DNA of 56,293 bases, counting the filler, from Sphacelaria rigidula (Eukaryota), in the NCBI GenBank assembly GCA_964200075.2. It is 4 parts of 4 records of this genome, joined end to end, with 100 filler letters (N's around TTAATTAATTAA, not from the genome) between each part and the next. Parts side by side here need not be neighbours in the genome. Positions count along the whole stretch, not along the records: positions 1 to 14,000 come from CAXNAA020002524.1; 3 more parts are not named here. The stretch is one strand, 5' to 3'. Position 1 is the stretch's first letter; every line of letters begins with the position of its first letter. Below, piece after piece: positions 1 to 12,110 of the stretch. The notes beneath the pieces were generated by a model. That model saw nothing but the letters and a program-made list of their open reading frames with translations, searched no databases and was not told the DNA's origin. Position numbers and translations under genes: made by a program.

Positions 1-70
1 CGGTATCGGTGGGGTATGAGATGTCCCAAATACCGGTACCGGGTACCTACCTTACCTACGGTGCCTGTGC
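1..70 (-). mobile_element. End of an ATACC-rich MITE-like repeat, cut by the contig start
   Basis: Reverse complement (GCACAGGCACCGTAGGTAAGGTAGGTACCCGGTACCGGTATTTGGGACATCTCATACCC..) matches 56226-56293 and resembles 34821-34880. Confidence 0.8.
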
Positions 71-959
71 ATTTTTTCACGAGAACGCCTGAACCTCTCT
101 CAAAAAAAAATGCAGGCCCATTTTTTTTTTTGCATACCTTTGTGGTTCTCCATGCTGAGTTTCAAATTACAATTCTAAAAATCGAGGTAAAAAATTGAGA
201 TAAGGCCCAAAAGCAGTGTTCATTTCTCCTCAAAACTGCCCCAGAAATCCGAAAAAAATGAAATAAAAACGAAAAAATTGAAAGCGCTGTGTTTATAAGC
301 TTTATTATGCACTAGCGGTTCTCCATACGAAGTTTTTTTGGCATGACTCTCCAAAACTGAGACGCGATATCCAGGTTCAGCTAATCTACAGCATCTGCTC
401 GTAATATACTGATTTTAGTATGAAAACTTATGTGCGCCACATCTCGAGATATATTACGAATTAGGTGAAAGTGGGGGTATCTATCGTCTCCCCGTGCTCC
501 AGGGAATGTCCACACCAAAATTCGTCGTCATTCGCTGAATGCATCGATCGGGGGTTTCATAGAGATTTTATTTTAGTATGGACGCCATCTCCCTTAGGTA
601 TACGAATTACTAGACATGGGGTTGAATAAACGAGAAAATATGGGCCCAAAATTTTGAGCAGATGGGCACCTTCCCCTTGGTTAGAGCATTAATACAGTAT
701 GCGGATCATGGCCCAACTCGTCCGTGTCGACGAGATGTTGCTTTGAGAGCTTAAATTCGTGTCTAGGCTGCCCCAGCTCATATGACTGGGGCGGCATGTA
801 CGACATATTGCTCATGATTTCGGCAGATACAAAAGAAGCAAACGCAAGCAGAATCACATCTATTTTTCGTTGAAATAGAATGATGTCGACAAGCAAACGT
901 ATATATATATATATATGAATATATAACTCTTGAACGGCACGATATTCGCGTGTTTTCTG

Positions 960-1906
960 CAGTACCCCCCCCCCCCCCTCCCCCCTCCCTCCGAACGGAA
1001 AATATAATCGGGGCGGCATATCAGGAATGCATGTTTGGCGCATCACTTTATAGGTGATATGCACAAAGAAGACACGAACAATAGAGATTCAAACAATGCT
1101 TCCTTCTTTTCTTTATGGAATGATGTCGACAGGCATACAGCTTCCTTTGGCATGTTGACTCCTTGATGGGCACAATTCTGAGCATGTATTTGTCCCCACG
1201 GCCCCCGTTAATCGAGGGGGTATATGACGGGGGTGGCATCAACAGCATTTTCCTCGTCATTTCAGGGAAGAAAAAAAAAAGCACCGAACGCACAAACGCA
1301 AAAAAACATTATTCTCTCAAGAATGACATGTTGTCCACAGGCAAAAAAAAGCCTTCTTCAGGCCCTTCGCTTCCTGATCGGCACGATATTAGCGTGTATT
1401 CGTCACCACGACCCCCGACACTTTGTACGATAGCCCCCCCCCCCCAAAGTGCCTTGTTTGAGGAGGCAAAATCTTCACGTGAATCGAACTGGAAAAAGCC
1501 AACCATAACGAGCAGCTGGGAATCCCCACGCTTGGGTTCGTTCTTGCCAATGTCGCCCATATGAGGCACTTCATGCAGCCTACACTCAAACATCAGGCGC
1601 TGTATGACAATTTTGGGCTTGTTTTGGGGGAGGGCTGTCGTAGAAAGTGTCTCCCGTTAATTGACGGGGTATATGACTGGGGCGGCATCTACAGCGTTTT
1701 CCCCGTCATTACAGCCACGTCAGTACTACATCCAGAAAAAAAACTCTAGAGAGGTAATCAAATATGCCTATCTAGACATGGAGTTAATACATACAGATAT
1801 TAATATCTTCTTATTCTCAAAGGATGCCATATCGTTCATTTATGACCCAACACCCCAAAAAACTAATAAGCCCAAGTTTGGCGCGCGCGGGGGGGGAGGG
1901 GTACTG
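960..1906. mobile_element. Tc1/mariner-like non-autonomous element (candidate)
   Basis: CAGTACCCC(C)n at 960 and (G)nAGGGGTACTG followed by TA at 1906. Internal recurring motif TATGAC(T/G)GGGG(C/T)GGCAT at about 1223 and 1672, also at 781 just outside. Confidence 0.45.
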
Positions 1907-3012
1907 TAAATCCCAGTAAATACACTGCTATTGTGGTCAGATTTGTGAAAATGAAATTGTTTTACATCTTGAAGGTATGTCCTGGTATGTCCTTGAAGTC
2001 GGTGCAAGAATCAACGCTGCTTGTGAGACTTTGGTACGAGTTGACCACGACTCAGAACGGTCAAACTCATGTGGTGATTAACCCTTTGGGAACCCTCCCC
2101 TCCCGGCCCCGGTCCAGACGCCTCGTTGTTTCAAGCGCTGGCAAAGTAGAAAATATGGGAAAATAAACCACCGACAATAACAATGTTTACCGCGGAAGGC
2201 CAAAGAAAAATCCCACATAGATCATGCTTGCACCAAAAATGTCGCCCCGGTGCGGCCGAATTAGTTATTTGCAGTGACGGATCGCAACGGGTCAAGTGTG
2301 TTCAACTTTGAGCACACAGCGAAACCAGCACCGCGATCTCTGTTCAACTCGTTGCCTCTCTCACACACATTCCTCACTCTCTTCCGTTTGTGTTATCAAG
2401 TATGGTGCTTCCAAGCTCCTTCACACGACCTGATGGGCGGTACCGTCGTCGTATAGATGAAACAACCACGCGCAGTGTACTGAGCAAGCGTTGGGACGAG
2501 GTAATATTTTGAAGAACTTCTCGATAGTTTCCATGGTTGAACCTACTTTATATGTGTCATCATCTGGGGCTATCCATGACCCCGACACCATCTCAAGGAA
2601 TAATACCCAGTACCCTCGGGTAAGGGGAGGTGACCATGATGTCCTGCAAGTTAGCTACCGGTACTCTAGTTTTACGGCAGGAGACGACCAATCAATGACG
2701 CCATTCAGAACACGTCTGAGGACATTAGAATTGCCACAAGACATAAACATATCTGGAGGTGTATTCCTAGCCCGAAGTGGTGCTGTCCGTAACATAGTAT
2801 TCCTTCTCTTCACATGCGACAAGCGAACGAGCAATCATCTTTCTCCACTCACAAATAGTGCAAGGAGTGTTTCTCAACAGGTCCCTTGTCCAACTCTCCC
2901 GCGCCTATTTCTGACACGTGGAATCATTCTACACACGTATGATTACTTTTGCAGAGCGGAGTACTAGAAGAACAAGAAAATCCAACGCAAAGATGAAAAC
3001 GTCGGAGAATTG

Positions 3013-3654
3013 GGGCGTGTCTTGGTACATACGTTTTTTTTAATCGAAAAGTGCGGTGGGAAGTAGGCATACTTATCTAAGAAGTTATTTCAACGTAAAT
3101 GACGAGGATGTGAATGGCGATCCATCAGATCGGAATTTTTCGTTTCCGCCGCACTTTTCCTACCGAAAAAGTTGTGCTAAGACCGTCTTGTATGGCAACC
3201 ACTCCGTATTTGTACAAGTATAAGGATTTCAGCTCGTGTATATTCGATTTTCTCCGGTGGATTTATTTTTCGGACCCCAGTCCGTTTGGCAATGTTTTTT
3301 GCTCAACTCTGAGGAAACCAGATCAATTCCTCGATTCTCTGGACGCCGACTTTTGGTTCATAACCTTTCTGCTCAGATCGGGAGACTCCCGCATCTGCCC
3401 CGAATCTGGGGCCCAAATCGGGGGAGACGCGGGAGTGTCCCGATCTGAGCAGAAAGGTTTTGAACCAAAAGTCAGCGTCCAGAGAATCGGAGAATTGATC
3501 TGGTTTCCTCAGAGCTAGGCGAAGAAAACATTGCCAAACGGATTGGGGTCCGAAAAATAAATCCACGGGATAAAATTGGATGTACACGGGCTAAAATCCT
3601 CGTTTTCGCACAAATACGGATTGGTTGACATACAAGACGGTCCAAGACACGCCC
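3013..3654. mobile_element. PIF/Harbinger-like MITE whose right TIR is split by an insertion
   Basis: TIRs GGGCGTGTCTTGG (3013) and AAGACACGCCC (to 3654). Sub-terminal CGAAAAGTGCGG motif shared with 26027-26192. Confidence 0.7.
3181..3642. mobile_element. 462-bp fold-back (fully palindromic) MITE
   Basis: Arms GACCGTCTTGTATG.. and ..CATACAAGACGGTC pair along their whole length with the centre near 3411. Flanked by TAA (3178-3180) and CAA (3643-3645). Confidence 0.85.
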
Positions 3655-3920
3655 TCACTGGAGAGAGGGAAAAAAAGCACGCGGGTGGTTGAAAGATGAC
3701 GTAGATGTCAGTGTTCGCCAGCCCCAAACTCCCGTATCCAGCTGCTGCCGCTTTCGTACTCAAATATTTTTCGTTGATATTTTGCTACAGCTGGTGTGTG
3801 CGGTCTATACGACATGCTGCCCACAACGAGGACATTTCAACCTCTGCACTAGTGGGCGCTCATACGTGGCTGGATGTCTCTCTTCCTTTTGCATATCTTC
3901 AGTTCAATGGCTAAACTCAC

Positions 3921-6900
3921 CTTGCAGCTTCTTTTGGAGGGCTGTCGCGTTGCAGGCGGTGAAGCACGTACCTTCCGGAGGGGCGGTTTCGCGAGCGAAT
4001 CGGCATGGTAGAGATACAATGACATGGAGAGGTAGGAAGGGGGAGAGAAGACGATTAAAGACATACGGGAAGAGGTAGAAGAGGGCAAGATACATCGAGG
4101 AGGCCAGAGCAGCAACGAGCCACCGAGAACAACGGCTACGACCCAGGGGACGAATTGCAGCGCCGCAATGCTGCAGGGGATGGAAAGGGAAGGTGTATAT
4201 GACGAGAGAGAGAACAAGATAGAATACAGTACAGGGCGGGGAGAGGCCGTAAGGAGGTTAGAACGGCAGAGTACCACACCAAGGACAAGAGTCACGACCC
4301 AGTAGCCGACGTGTAGCGCTAAACCATGATAATCAGCAAGGAGAAAAGATGAAAGCAGAAGCAACATCCAGAACAGAGTCCTATCTCACAAAGCTTTGGC
4401 CACCGTGCGCCAGTCGGGCTCCATGAGTTTCTTCAGCAGTTTCGAGCACACCACCTCGTGCGGGTCGCAGTCGTAGCTCGCTTCTAGTGCCTGTGAAGAA
4501 ATCATGTCCGTATCAAAAATGGACAGCGGGGGAGGCGCAACCATGGGAGAGGACACCCCACAGCAATTATGAATAAAGTGATACAAGGGACAGGAGAGCG
4601 CGAGGGAATCATCCTTTTCTCTATTTTCTCCGGGCTGCACCTCTTGGCATGAACCCAGAGAGGTGGTTCAGCAGACTTTGTCAGGCATTCCAGCTGGCTG
4701 AAGAAAACAAAAAAAACGGACAGACATGACACGTGACGTGATCGGGTTCCTCTCGACTATAGCCTCTCTTCGCAGTTCGGCACGCAGTAGCATAAGCACC
4801 TATACCCCAACGTACAAAGATGGCCCTGTGCTCGTGAGCTTGCGCTTACCGAAAGGCGATTTGCCTGGGCCAGCAGCGCTTGCATACAACCCTCGTCCAC
4901 GGCGGTATTCTCTGGTCTCGTAGCCTGTGAGTTGTTTCGCAGGCCACATTTTGTTTCAGGTGGGGGGTGGGGCGTGGGGGCAAAGTTTAGAACGATCATG
5001 CCTCAAGACGCTCGACAGGGTGACTGGAGGAACGTCCAACATGATTATCAGAGGTACCTCAAACTCGAGGTTCCTGGTATATGTGATGGAAATCACCGTT
5101 GAATATACTGTGAACCTCGAGTTTGAGATACCTCTACGAGTATATAGCCACGAGCTGGGCCAGTTGACAGTGTTTTCTGGCGGTAATCGGGTGACGCGGT
5201 GCTTTATTTGAGGAGTTTGGCGCTGGAATTTTGACACGACTTTCTCATCAACACGTGCAACATCTCCGTGGACGCAAAAAAAAAAGTTAGAGCAGAGCGA
5301 TTTGAAATTCCAGCGAAACGTGGAAAGTGTCATAACTGTGAATAAAAACAGCGGCATCCTCCGTCAATAATTGTGTACTTGCACACAGAAGACCCTGGTA
5401 AATATTCCCGCTAAAAAACGCTAAAATCGGGCCCACTGTGGAATGTTTCGTGTGAAATCGCTGCACCTCGGCAATCCAAGTGATACAGGACATTCCAGTT
5501 ACTATGGAGGTCAAGAGTTCGAACCCCGACATCCCCCCCCCCCCCCAGCGGAGTCTGATTGTGTCGTTGAGGTTATATATTATGCAGTACATTTTGTTTT
5601 TTTAGGGTCAAAGCTCACAATTACAAGGCCAGCTTGGTCTGCAGTTCACAGCGATACGCTCAACCCTTGGACCGCGAGGATAGTCCATCTGTTGAATATG
5701 CATCAATTGCACTTTAAAAATGTATGCATGATCTGGATGGACTACCCTCGCGGTCCAAGGGTTAAATAGGGCTGGTTCGAGAAACTGAAGAAGTGTGTGC
5801 CGAGGGTTTTTATATTTCACGACTGGCCGCGCTCGTATAAAGTGCAGCCAGATATCAGTACCCCTGTGACCTTCATCGAAAATTTTGTCGGGGAAAGAAA
5901 ACTCGTGTGACTCTACGTGAAGGGGCATTAGAGTACACAAAAAAAAAAAAACTGTGCTACAGCACAATACAGATATCACCTTTCTATTGCATTACTTGTA
6001 CCGCTGGGGTGGGTTTTGAGTATTTCCGCAAGAGCCAACCGAGAATGAGCTACTGTTGTACTATTGTATACTCATGTCCACGACGAAAAATCGCATACAT
6101 GGGCCCCGTCCGCGCTGTTCCCACGGACCAGTGGGGATGAGCTTTTTGTTGCATACAGAGAGTACTCGTTTCGACCTTTCGGGCAGGGACAGCCAAAAAA
6201 ACTCCGCAAATCACGCACAAGATGTTTCTTTTTTGGGACGCTCGTGTTGTCTCCATAGCATTCATACGATGGAAACAAGGAGTCTCAAGGCCGCCTTCGT
6301 GATAGCGGGTAGGAGTGTGCTTGCTGGGCGCGTGGCTCCAATTGCATGTGAGGCGGACACTCTGAGAAAAAGGATTGTGCAGGGGCCCAACTTCCACTAC
6401 CGTTGTATCGTAAAAGCAACTGGAGATGAAAATACTACTGAGGGCTATCAAAGCCAATTTGCGCGAAAAAAGCTTGTCGCGCGTGCCCTCACATTACTTA
6501 CAGTACAGTGGGAAGAAAAGGAGATCGACGTGTGGCTCTTCTTTTCCGTACGCAGTACAAGGAGTGCACAGCTACTGTACTGTATGTGCTGCAGCTTTCA
6601 CTGTCCTTGTACAGACAGCCAAATATACAGTAAACGCGTGTCTACTATTCACAACAGTTTAGACAAAACAATACAACAGAGTGCGGCATACCTTCAGGAG
6701 ACAACACTCCAGTTCGGAAGAAAAGATAGCTTTCACTTCCCGCCGCACATGTCGGACTCTCTCGATGGCAACCTTGGCTCGTTTCCAGGCAATGTTCGTT
6801 TTCTCGAACGACCCGAGAGTAGAAGTAGTAGTAGCTGTTGCGGGAGTAGAAGTAGTAGCTGTTGCTGCTGATACGACCGCTGCCATTGAGTGGCCATTAC

Positions 6901-7399
6901 CATCATCATTTTCATCGGCTTCGTGTTGCTTTTGCTGTTGCGGTGATGGGTGTTGTTGGATTTCTTCCGTGCCTGCTGCCACCACTACTACTGTCTGGGG
7001 GGTGTTTTCTTCATGTGTGAGCTCCGTCTGCACTGGCTCTTGAAATGAAGAAGGCGAAAGGGAGAGACAAGCGGGAGTGGCATCGCTCGTAATCGGATCA
7101 TGCTCGGGAGAGGTAGCGGCGTCAGCATCGCAGGCCCTGCTTGACTCATCAACGGCAGCATGGCCATTGTCATCTGTTGCGAAACGCGATGCATCGAAGT
7201 AGACGGTACTTGGAAGCTTAAATTGCGGAAGCATCGGCCAGAACCGAGGGGGTTTCGGTTTTAAAATGCTCGGACGGGTCTCTGCAAGGACAAAGCCACG
7301 ACTTTGTTGTTGCCGTTGTGCTGTTGTTGCTGGTGTTGTTATTGTCGCTGCTAGCGATACTAAGAGCAGAAGGACATTATATGGACCGGTGATCGTCAT
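3921..7399 (-). CDS. ANTH/ENTH-like domain protein with signal-peptide-like N-terminus (3' end unresolved)
   Basis: Exons 7399-6692, 4924-4850, 4490-4390 and 3971-3921, all with GT-AG borders and consistent phases (0,0,2). Spliced product reads ..SSELECCLLK|ATRPENTAVDEGCMQALLAQANRLS|ALEASYDCDPHEVVCSKLLKKLMEPDWRTVAKA-L-YVLHRLQRDSPPKEAA, matching the ANTH/ENTH 'KAT..' and 'W..V.KAL..LH.L.R' signatures. Confidence 0.8.
5664..5761. mobile_element. piggyBac-like ~100-bp MITE
   Basis: TIRs CCCTTGGACCGCGAGG / CCTCGCGGTCCAAGGG flanked by TCAA and TTAA. A related end TTAACCCTTAGACCGCGAG occurs at about 54649. Confidence 0.75.
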
Positions 7400-10300
7400 G
7401 GTATTGCACTCTTGTACAGCTTCCTGGTTCGGAAAGTAAAAGGAATGAGCTGTGACGGACAGGGCACCTCTCGTCCCTGCTCCAGTTCATGTGATGCCAG
7501 GAAAGCAAGTATGACCGCTTTGTAAGCGAAAATGAATGCATTAATATACACCGGTTGAAAACAAGAAATAGGTAAGGTTCTCTAAGGAGGAGAAATATTA
7601 TATACGATACTGTGTAATAGTCATTATAATAAGATGAAATATTCGGTACGCAAAGGCTGTAAAAGGATACCGACAGATGCGTTATTGTTTATTGTTGCTG
7701 ACAATAAGTCCGTGTGTATGTTATTTGGCATATGTACTGATTGAGTCTGAGCAAAACGTTCTAAAGCATGTGTGAAGTTGAAAAACAGAATACCTTCAGG
7801 CGGTGCCTCCACACAAAAACGTCCGTACACCGCTTGCGCGCTGTGATTTTGTATCCACACAAGAGCATCCCAACCAACCAAGACAAGCAAAACCATCAAC
7901 AAGGTACACAACTTCAATCAAAGACAAAAGTGCTTGCTCGTTTGCTGTAGTACCAAAAAACCTGCCTCCAAAAAGACGTGGCACCATTCGGTTTGCAGCG
8001 GCTTTCTATAGTCACCCATTCCGTCAAGCGTGGCGCACCTGCATCGATCTCCATTGTTGCTAGAAAGGCCAAGGGAGAACGACGACGGAGAGAGAGAACG
8101 AGAACAAGGACACCAGACCCTTCTCAAAGGAACGCTTGGAGTGCTTGTTCTAGTGATCGTGAGGTCGAGCATCGACCGCAAGGGGGCGGGGGGCAATATG
8201 GCTGCTCAGCCTTGGTCGCCACAGCCTGAGGTTGGTGTTCAGCATCTCTTTTCGTGACTACGATTACGATAGCAGTGCAGTATTTGTACGGAGTGCAAGT
8301 AGTATTTTGGTGAGGTACAGACAAGTACAGTCAGGATGGTGGGTGTACGTGGCCCAAGTTATACATTGGTACTCAGATGAATTGGCACAGCTTTGCAGCC
8401 GTTGCACATGACCACACTACTTCTCTGTTGAAATAGTTTCACGTTTCGCATGGTGAACCACACAGTCGACTTCTTGCTTCCCCCCCCACTCTCCTGACCC
8501 CTCCCCCGACCCGCCGCCCTCCCCTCTACCCATTTCCACGTCGATCACTGTTACTCTTGATTCCACACGCCCGTTTGAAGGAGAACAATTGTGTAGGCAT
8601 AGTCGTGGAAAATGAAATCTACAGTATCGCCGCACCATATGTTACAGCACATACAAGGCCGCGGGCGTCAATAGGGTACGATATATGAACAATACCTGTA
8701 ACCGATAACCTGCTTGAAAAACAGAAGCTAGCGGGGTTGCGGGGTACGGGCTGGTGGTAGGCACGGTGAGATGGTTCAAGGGGGCTGGTTGGTGGCACCC
8801 GTGCTCTTTGGGACCCCTTCCCCGTGCCCCCACCCCTAGACTTTATTTCATTTTCATCGTCACCCGCGCCTCCACGTCGTTCACCGTTTATCCTCGAAAA
8901 CCTCTGGTAACAAGGCACAAGGTAACATCCTACCGGACTTGACTGGACTGGATATAGCCTGCTGTACAGCGTCTTGTCTGTGAAGTGCATTCGTATACTT
9001 GCCAGGTCAGGGGTAGTCCTATGGAAAGACGTTCCATATTTGGGATTGTGGAACTGGAACTGTCGTAACTTGCCTCATTGTGGAAGAAGAGTATCGCACC
9101 AACCAAATCACAAGGAAGAACGACTTTCCATTTTCTGTCATGTGTCTTTCTCTTCAAGGACTCGGCTGTGCACATACCCGTGACAATCGAACGGTACATT
9201 CATGTATTGTTTACTCACTGTTGTTGCTCATTAAAGTGGTGAGTGCGTTTCAGGGTGTTCTCCAGCAAGCTTCCAACTATGTACGCCATCACAGGTATAC
9301 TGTCGGAGCAGCAGAGCGGCCAGCTATAATAGTGCACACAAGCGGAAGACGGCAGAGTCGTGCAGTTTGGTGCAGCACCCTATAATAGCGCGCCCTCTGC
9401 ATCATCATATGCGTTCCGAACAAACATTGCCATGTTTTCATCGAAAGTGCGTCGTACCCGCAAGAGGATCAACTACAGTACGGAGTTAATTTTTTTCGAG
9501 CGCAACAACTTGACTCGTCCGTCAAAAGTCTTTCGAAAAACAATTGCTGGACACTTGGGTCCCAAGATCGAAAATTTGAGAGTTTGTGAGGGGGGGAAGG
9601 GGACACCCAGCCCCCTGTCCCCTAGTTTATTGCTGAGGCGTTGGCGGATGCGGTCAGCTGCCGTGTACAGAGATCCTTGACATGGAGACCGATGAGATGG
9701 CTGACACCGCCACCCCCCCAAGCTCATCATTCACCATGATTATATTCATGGGATCATGTTCGCTGTTGCGTGCCTCGAGTACCAACCAGTAATCCGGGCA
9801 AGTTTGGCGAGACTACTTGAAATAATGTTGATGTTGCTACTCGTACTTCGGCTGCAGGCTGTCGCGCTCGTGTGCATACACGTGTGTGAGCGTGGCCGGT
9901 ATCCGAGGTCATCGGGACAGAGCGGTCAAGGAGCATAATCAAATAATATACGAACCTCGCAAAGCCAGCCCACCAGACTTTCTAGCTTTTGTCTGCGTTT
10001 CTTGATCGATTTCTTCAGGAGCATTGAAAAAAAAACATAATTTTCAAAAATTGTTCCCAGGAAGGGGGAGGGGAGGAAGGGCTCTCTGTCCGGGAATCTT
10101 CTCCCGACAGACCCTTGAGTCAGTTGAACAGTAGTACCGTACAATAGAATGCCCTTCATAGCATACTCACATAGTATAACAATCCCTTCAAAAACACCCC
10201 CGGGTGATTCGGTTCCGTCCATGTTTGGTGCCATGTCAGTACTTACAGACATGTTTCCCCGGGTACATCGTACATCACTCCCTCAAAGTTCCACCTCTGG

Positions 10301-10669
10301 GTGACAAGCTCGTCAGTCCCGAATTTATTACTATGGGTTACACTCGTGAAAGATGGATGCGGCTTATCCTACCCAGGACAGGGGGTATATAGGTTATAGC
10401 TTCACCTGGTGAAGAGTGTACGGAGCGTGTGGGCACGCAAGTTGGTAGGTCGAGAGGCAACACTGGGGTTGATGGCTGGTCAGATGGGGGACACGGCGGA
10501 GCCGTGCCTTGAATGAGGGGCATCACAAACACAAACATCGGTAATAGGTAATCGGTAATCGGGTCGGGTCATACAGAGGGGGTAATCACATCGCTCGTAG
10601 TTCATATTCACACCCTCTTCCACGGTAGTTTTTTCTCTAGCAGGTACTCGGGTGCCCTGAAGGTGGAAT

Positions 10670-11420
10670 AGTTAGTACGATATGTTGCAAGGTTGTGCGC
10701 TGTAGAGTACGGGTATGTTCTGTAGGGTATGGGATTCCATACAAAACTCACGTAACTATCGGGTACCGGTATGAAGTTCTTACAGAAGTTCACCGAAGCT
10801 GTCGAGTAGGGCGTGGAAGGCTTGCAAAACTCACAGACCTTGTCCCGAAGGTTGCACAGAAATCCGAACCCACAACCTGGTATTTTTACAAAGGTATACA
10901 CGCGCCCCAGGAAAGGGTAAACATTTCTCATTGAACTCAACATATGTAAGGTGAGGGTACGGGAGGCTTACAGAACTCGCAGATTTGTTGAGTACCGGTA
11001 TGAAAGTCTTACAGAAGTCACAGATCTATCGGGAAGGGGCATTAAAGTCATACCGAAGGAAGTTACACAACTTGTCGGGTAGGGTATGAAAGCTGCACAG
11101 AAAACCAAACCCGCAATCGGATATTTGTATAAGGGTATGCGCGTTCCGCCGGTAAGGGTATCGAAAGCTTGCAGAACTCGGAACTATCGGGCAGGGATAT
11201 GGAGGCCTTGCAAAACTTGAAGCACTGTCGGGTATCGGTATGAAGGTCTTACACAACTTGAAGCACTGTCGGGTATTGGTATGAAGGTCTTACATAACTT
11301 GAAGCACTGTCGGGTATCGGTATGCAAGTCTTGCAGAAGACACAGAACTGTCGGGTGCGGTTAATACCCGGAGTGTTTTCCCGGGTATACACAACAGCAT
11401 ACCGTACAAAACACGACCTC
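10670..11420. repeat. Interspersed element made of degenerate ~40-bp tandem units (GTCGGGTA.CGGTATGAAG..CTTACAGAA)
   Basis: Near-exact 41-bp period at 11216, 11257 and 11298, with degenerate copies back to about 10750. Confidence 0.75.
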
Positions 11421-11851
11421 TATATTTTGCCTACTACAACCACTGGGCCCGATATCGCCGCTGCGCCCTAGTCTAGCTGGGACATTCTCATTCCGGCACC
11501 CGCGGCCATCGCTAGTTTGTGCGGTGCTGTCCTGCCGATGTTGAATGATGACAAGTGTGTAGGCGCAAATGACCACCAGTGGCCCGTTCGGGTGTCCGGG
11601 GTGTGAGACAGTTTTTTTTTTCTCGTGGTCATGTTATCTAACAGAATCGTGGTCGAACATGGTTGAGAACGCGGGTGTGGTAATTTTGAAGGCCGTGTCT
11701 CGCGGACGCTCAGCAGCTAACAGACGCTGATCAAAGTAGGAGAATGTTGGGAGGACAAACCCACCGCTGCAGTTCCATGGGTCTCCCTTGTTATTGTGTC
11801 GACGTGCGTTTGCCCTGCTCAAATGACTGTTGGGGGCGGAGGGGAAATTTC

Positions 11852-12110
11852 TAGGGCTCTTCACGTTACACGTCACACGTCACGTCGCAAATGTGACGTT
11901 TTAAAAATTATACGTCACGTCACGTTACGTCACACTTGTGACGTCTTATAAAGTTATAGGTCACGTCACGTCACAGTAACGTATTTCGAAACTTTTTTTT
12001 TATGTGTAACGTCAAATATACGTGACGTCTTGTGACGTGTAACAGAAATAAAACGTTACACTTCGACCGTGTTGAGGGCAAATGAACGCTACGCACGATG
12101 TTGTAACGTG
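11852..12110 (+). mobile_element. Left end of a hAT-like element with (CACGT/TACGT)-rich subterminal region
   Basis: TAGGGCTCTTCACGTTACACG resembles the TIR of the element at 15945-17958 and is followed by the same ACGT-motif array. No right end was found before the contig ends. Confidence 0.6.

Noticed and set aside
4640..4700. Extra exon of the ANTH-like gene (LECLTKSAEPPLWVHAKR)
   Set aside because: The flanking exons 4924-4850 and 4490-4390 already join in frame and give the expected domain pattern without it.
5505..5535. tRNA or tRNA-derived SINE (GTTCGAACCC B-box-like)
   Set aside because: No A-box, cloverleaf or acceptor stem can be built around it.
6056..6871. 271-aa plus-strand ORF and other long track ORFs (49285-50112, 47600-48142, 47650-48138)
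   Set aside because: They are antisense shadows of real minus-strand exons or run through introns and repeats, with no recognisable protein features.
8198..9294. Possible transportin-like first exons (MAAQPWSPQPE..VSAFQGVLQQAS)
   Set aside because: The resemblance is short, the splice phases only fit with a weak donor, and no convincing downstream exons were found.
10750..11350. CRISPR-like repeat-spacer array (also considered for 33505-33860 and 34880-35100)
   Set aside because: The units are contiguous degenerate tandem repeats without unique spacers, the context is eukaryotic, and there are no cas genes.
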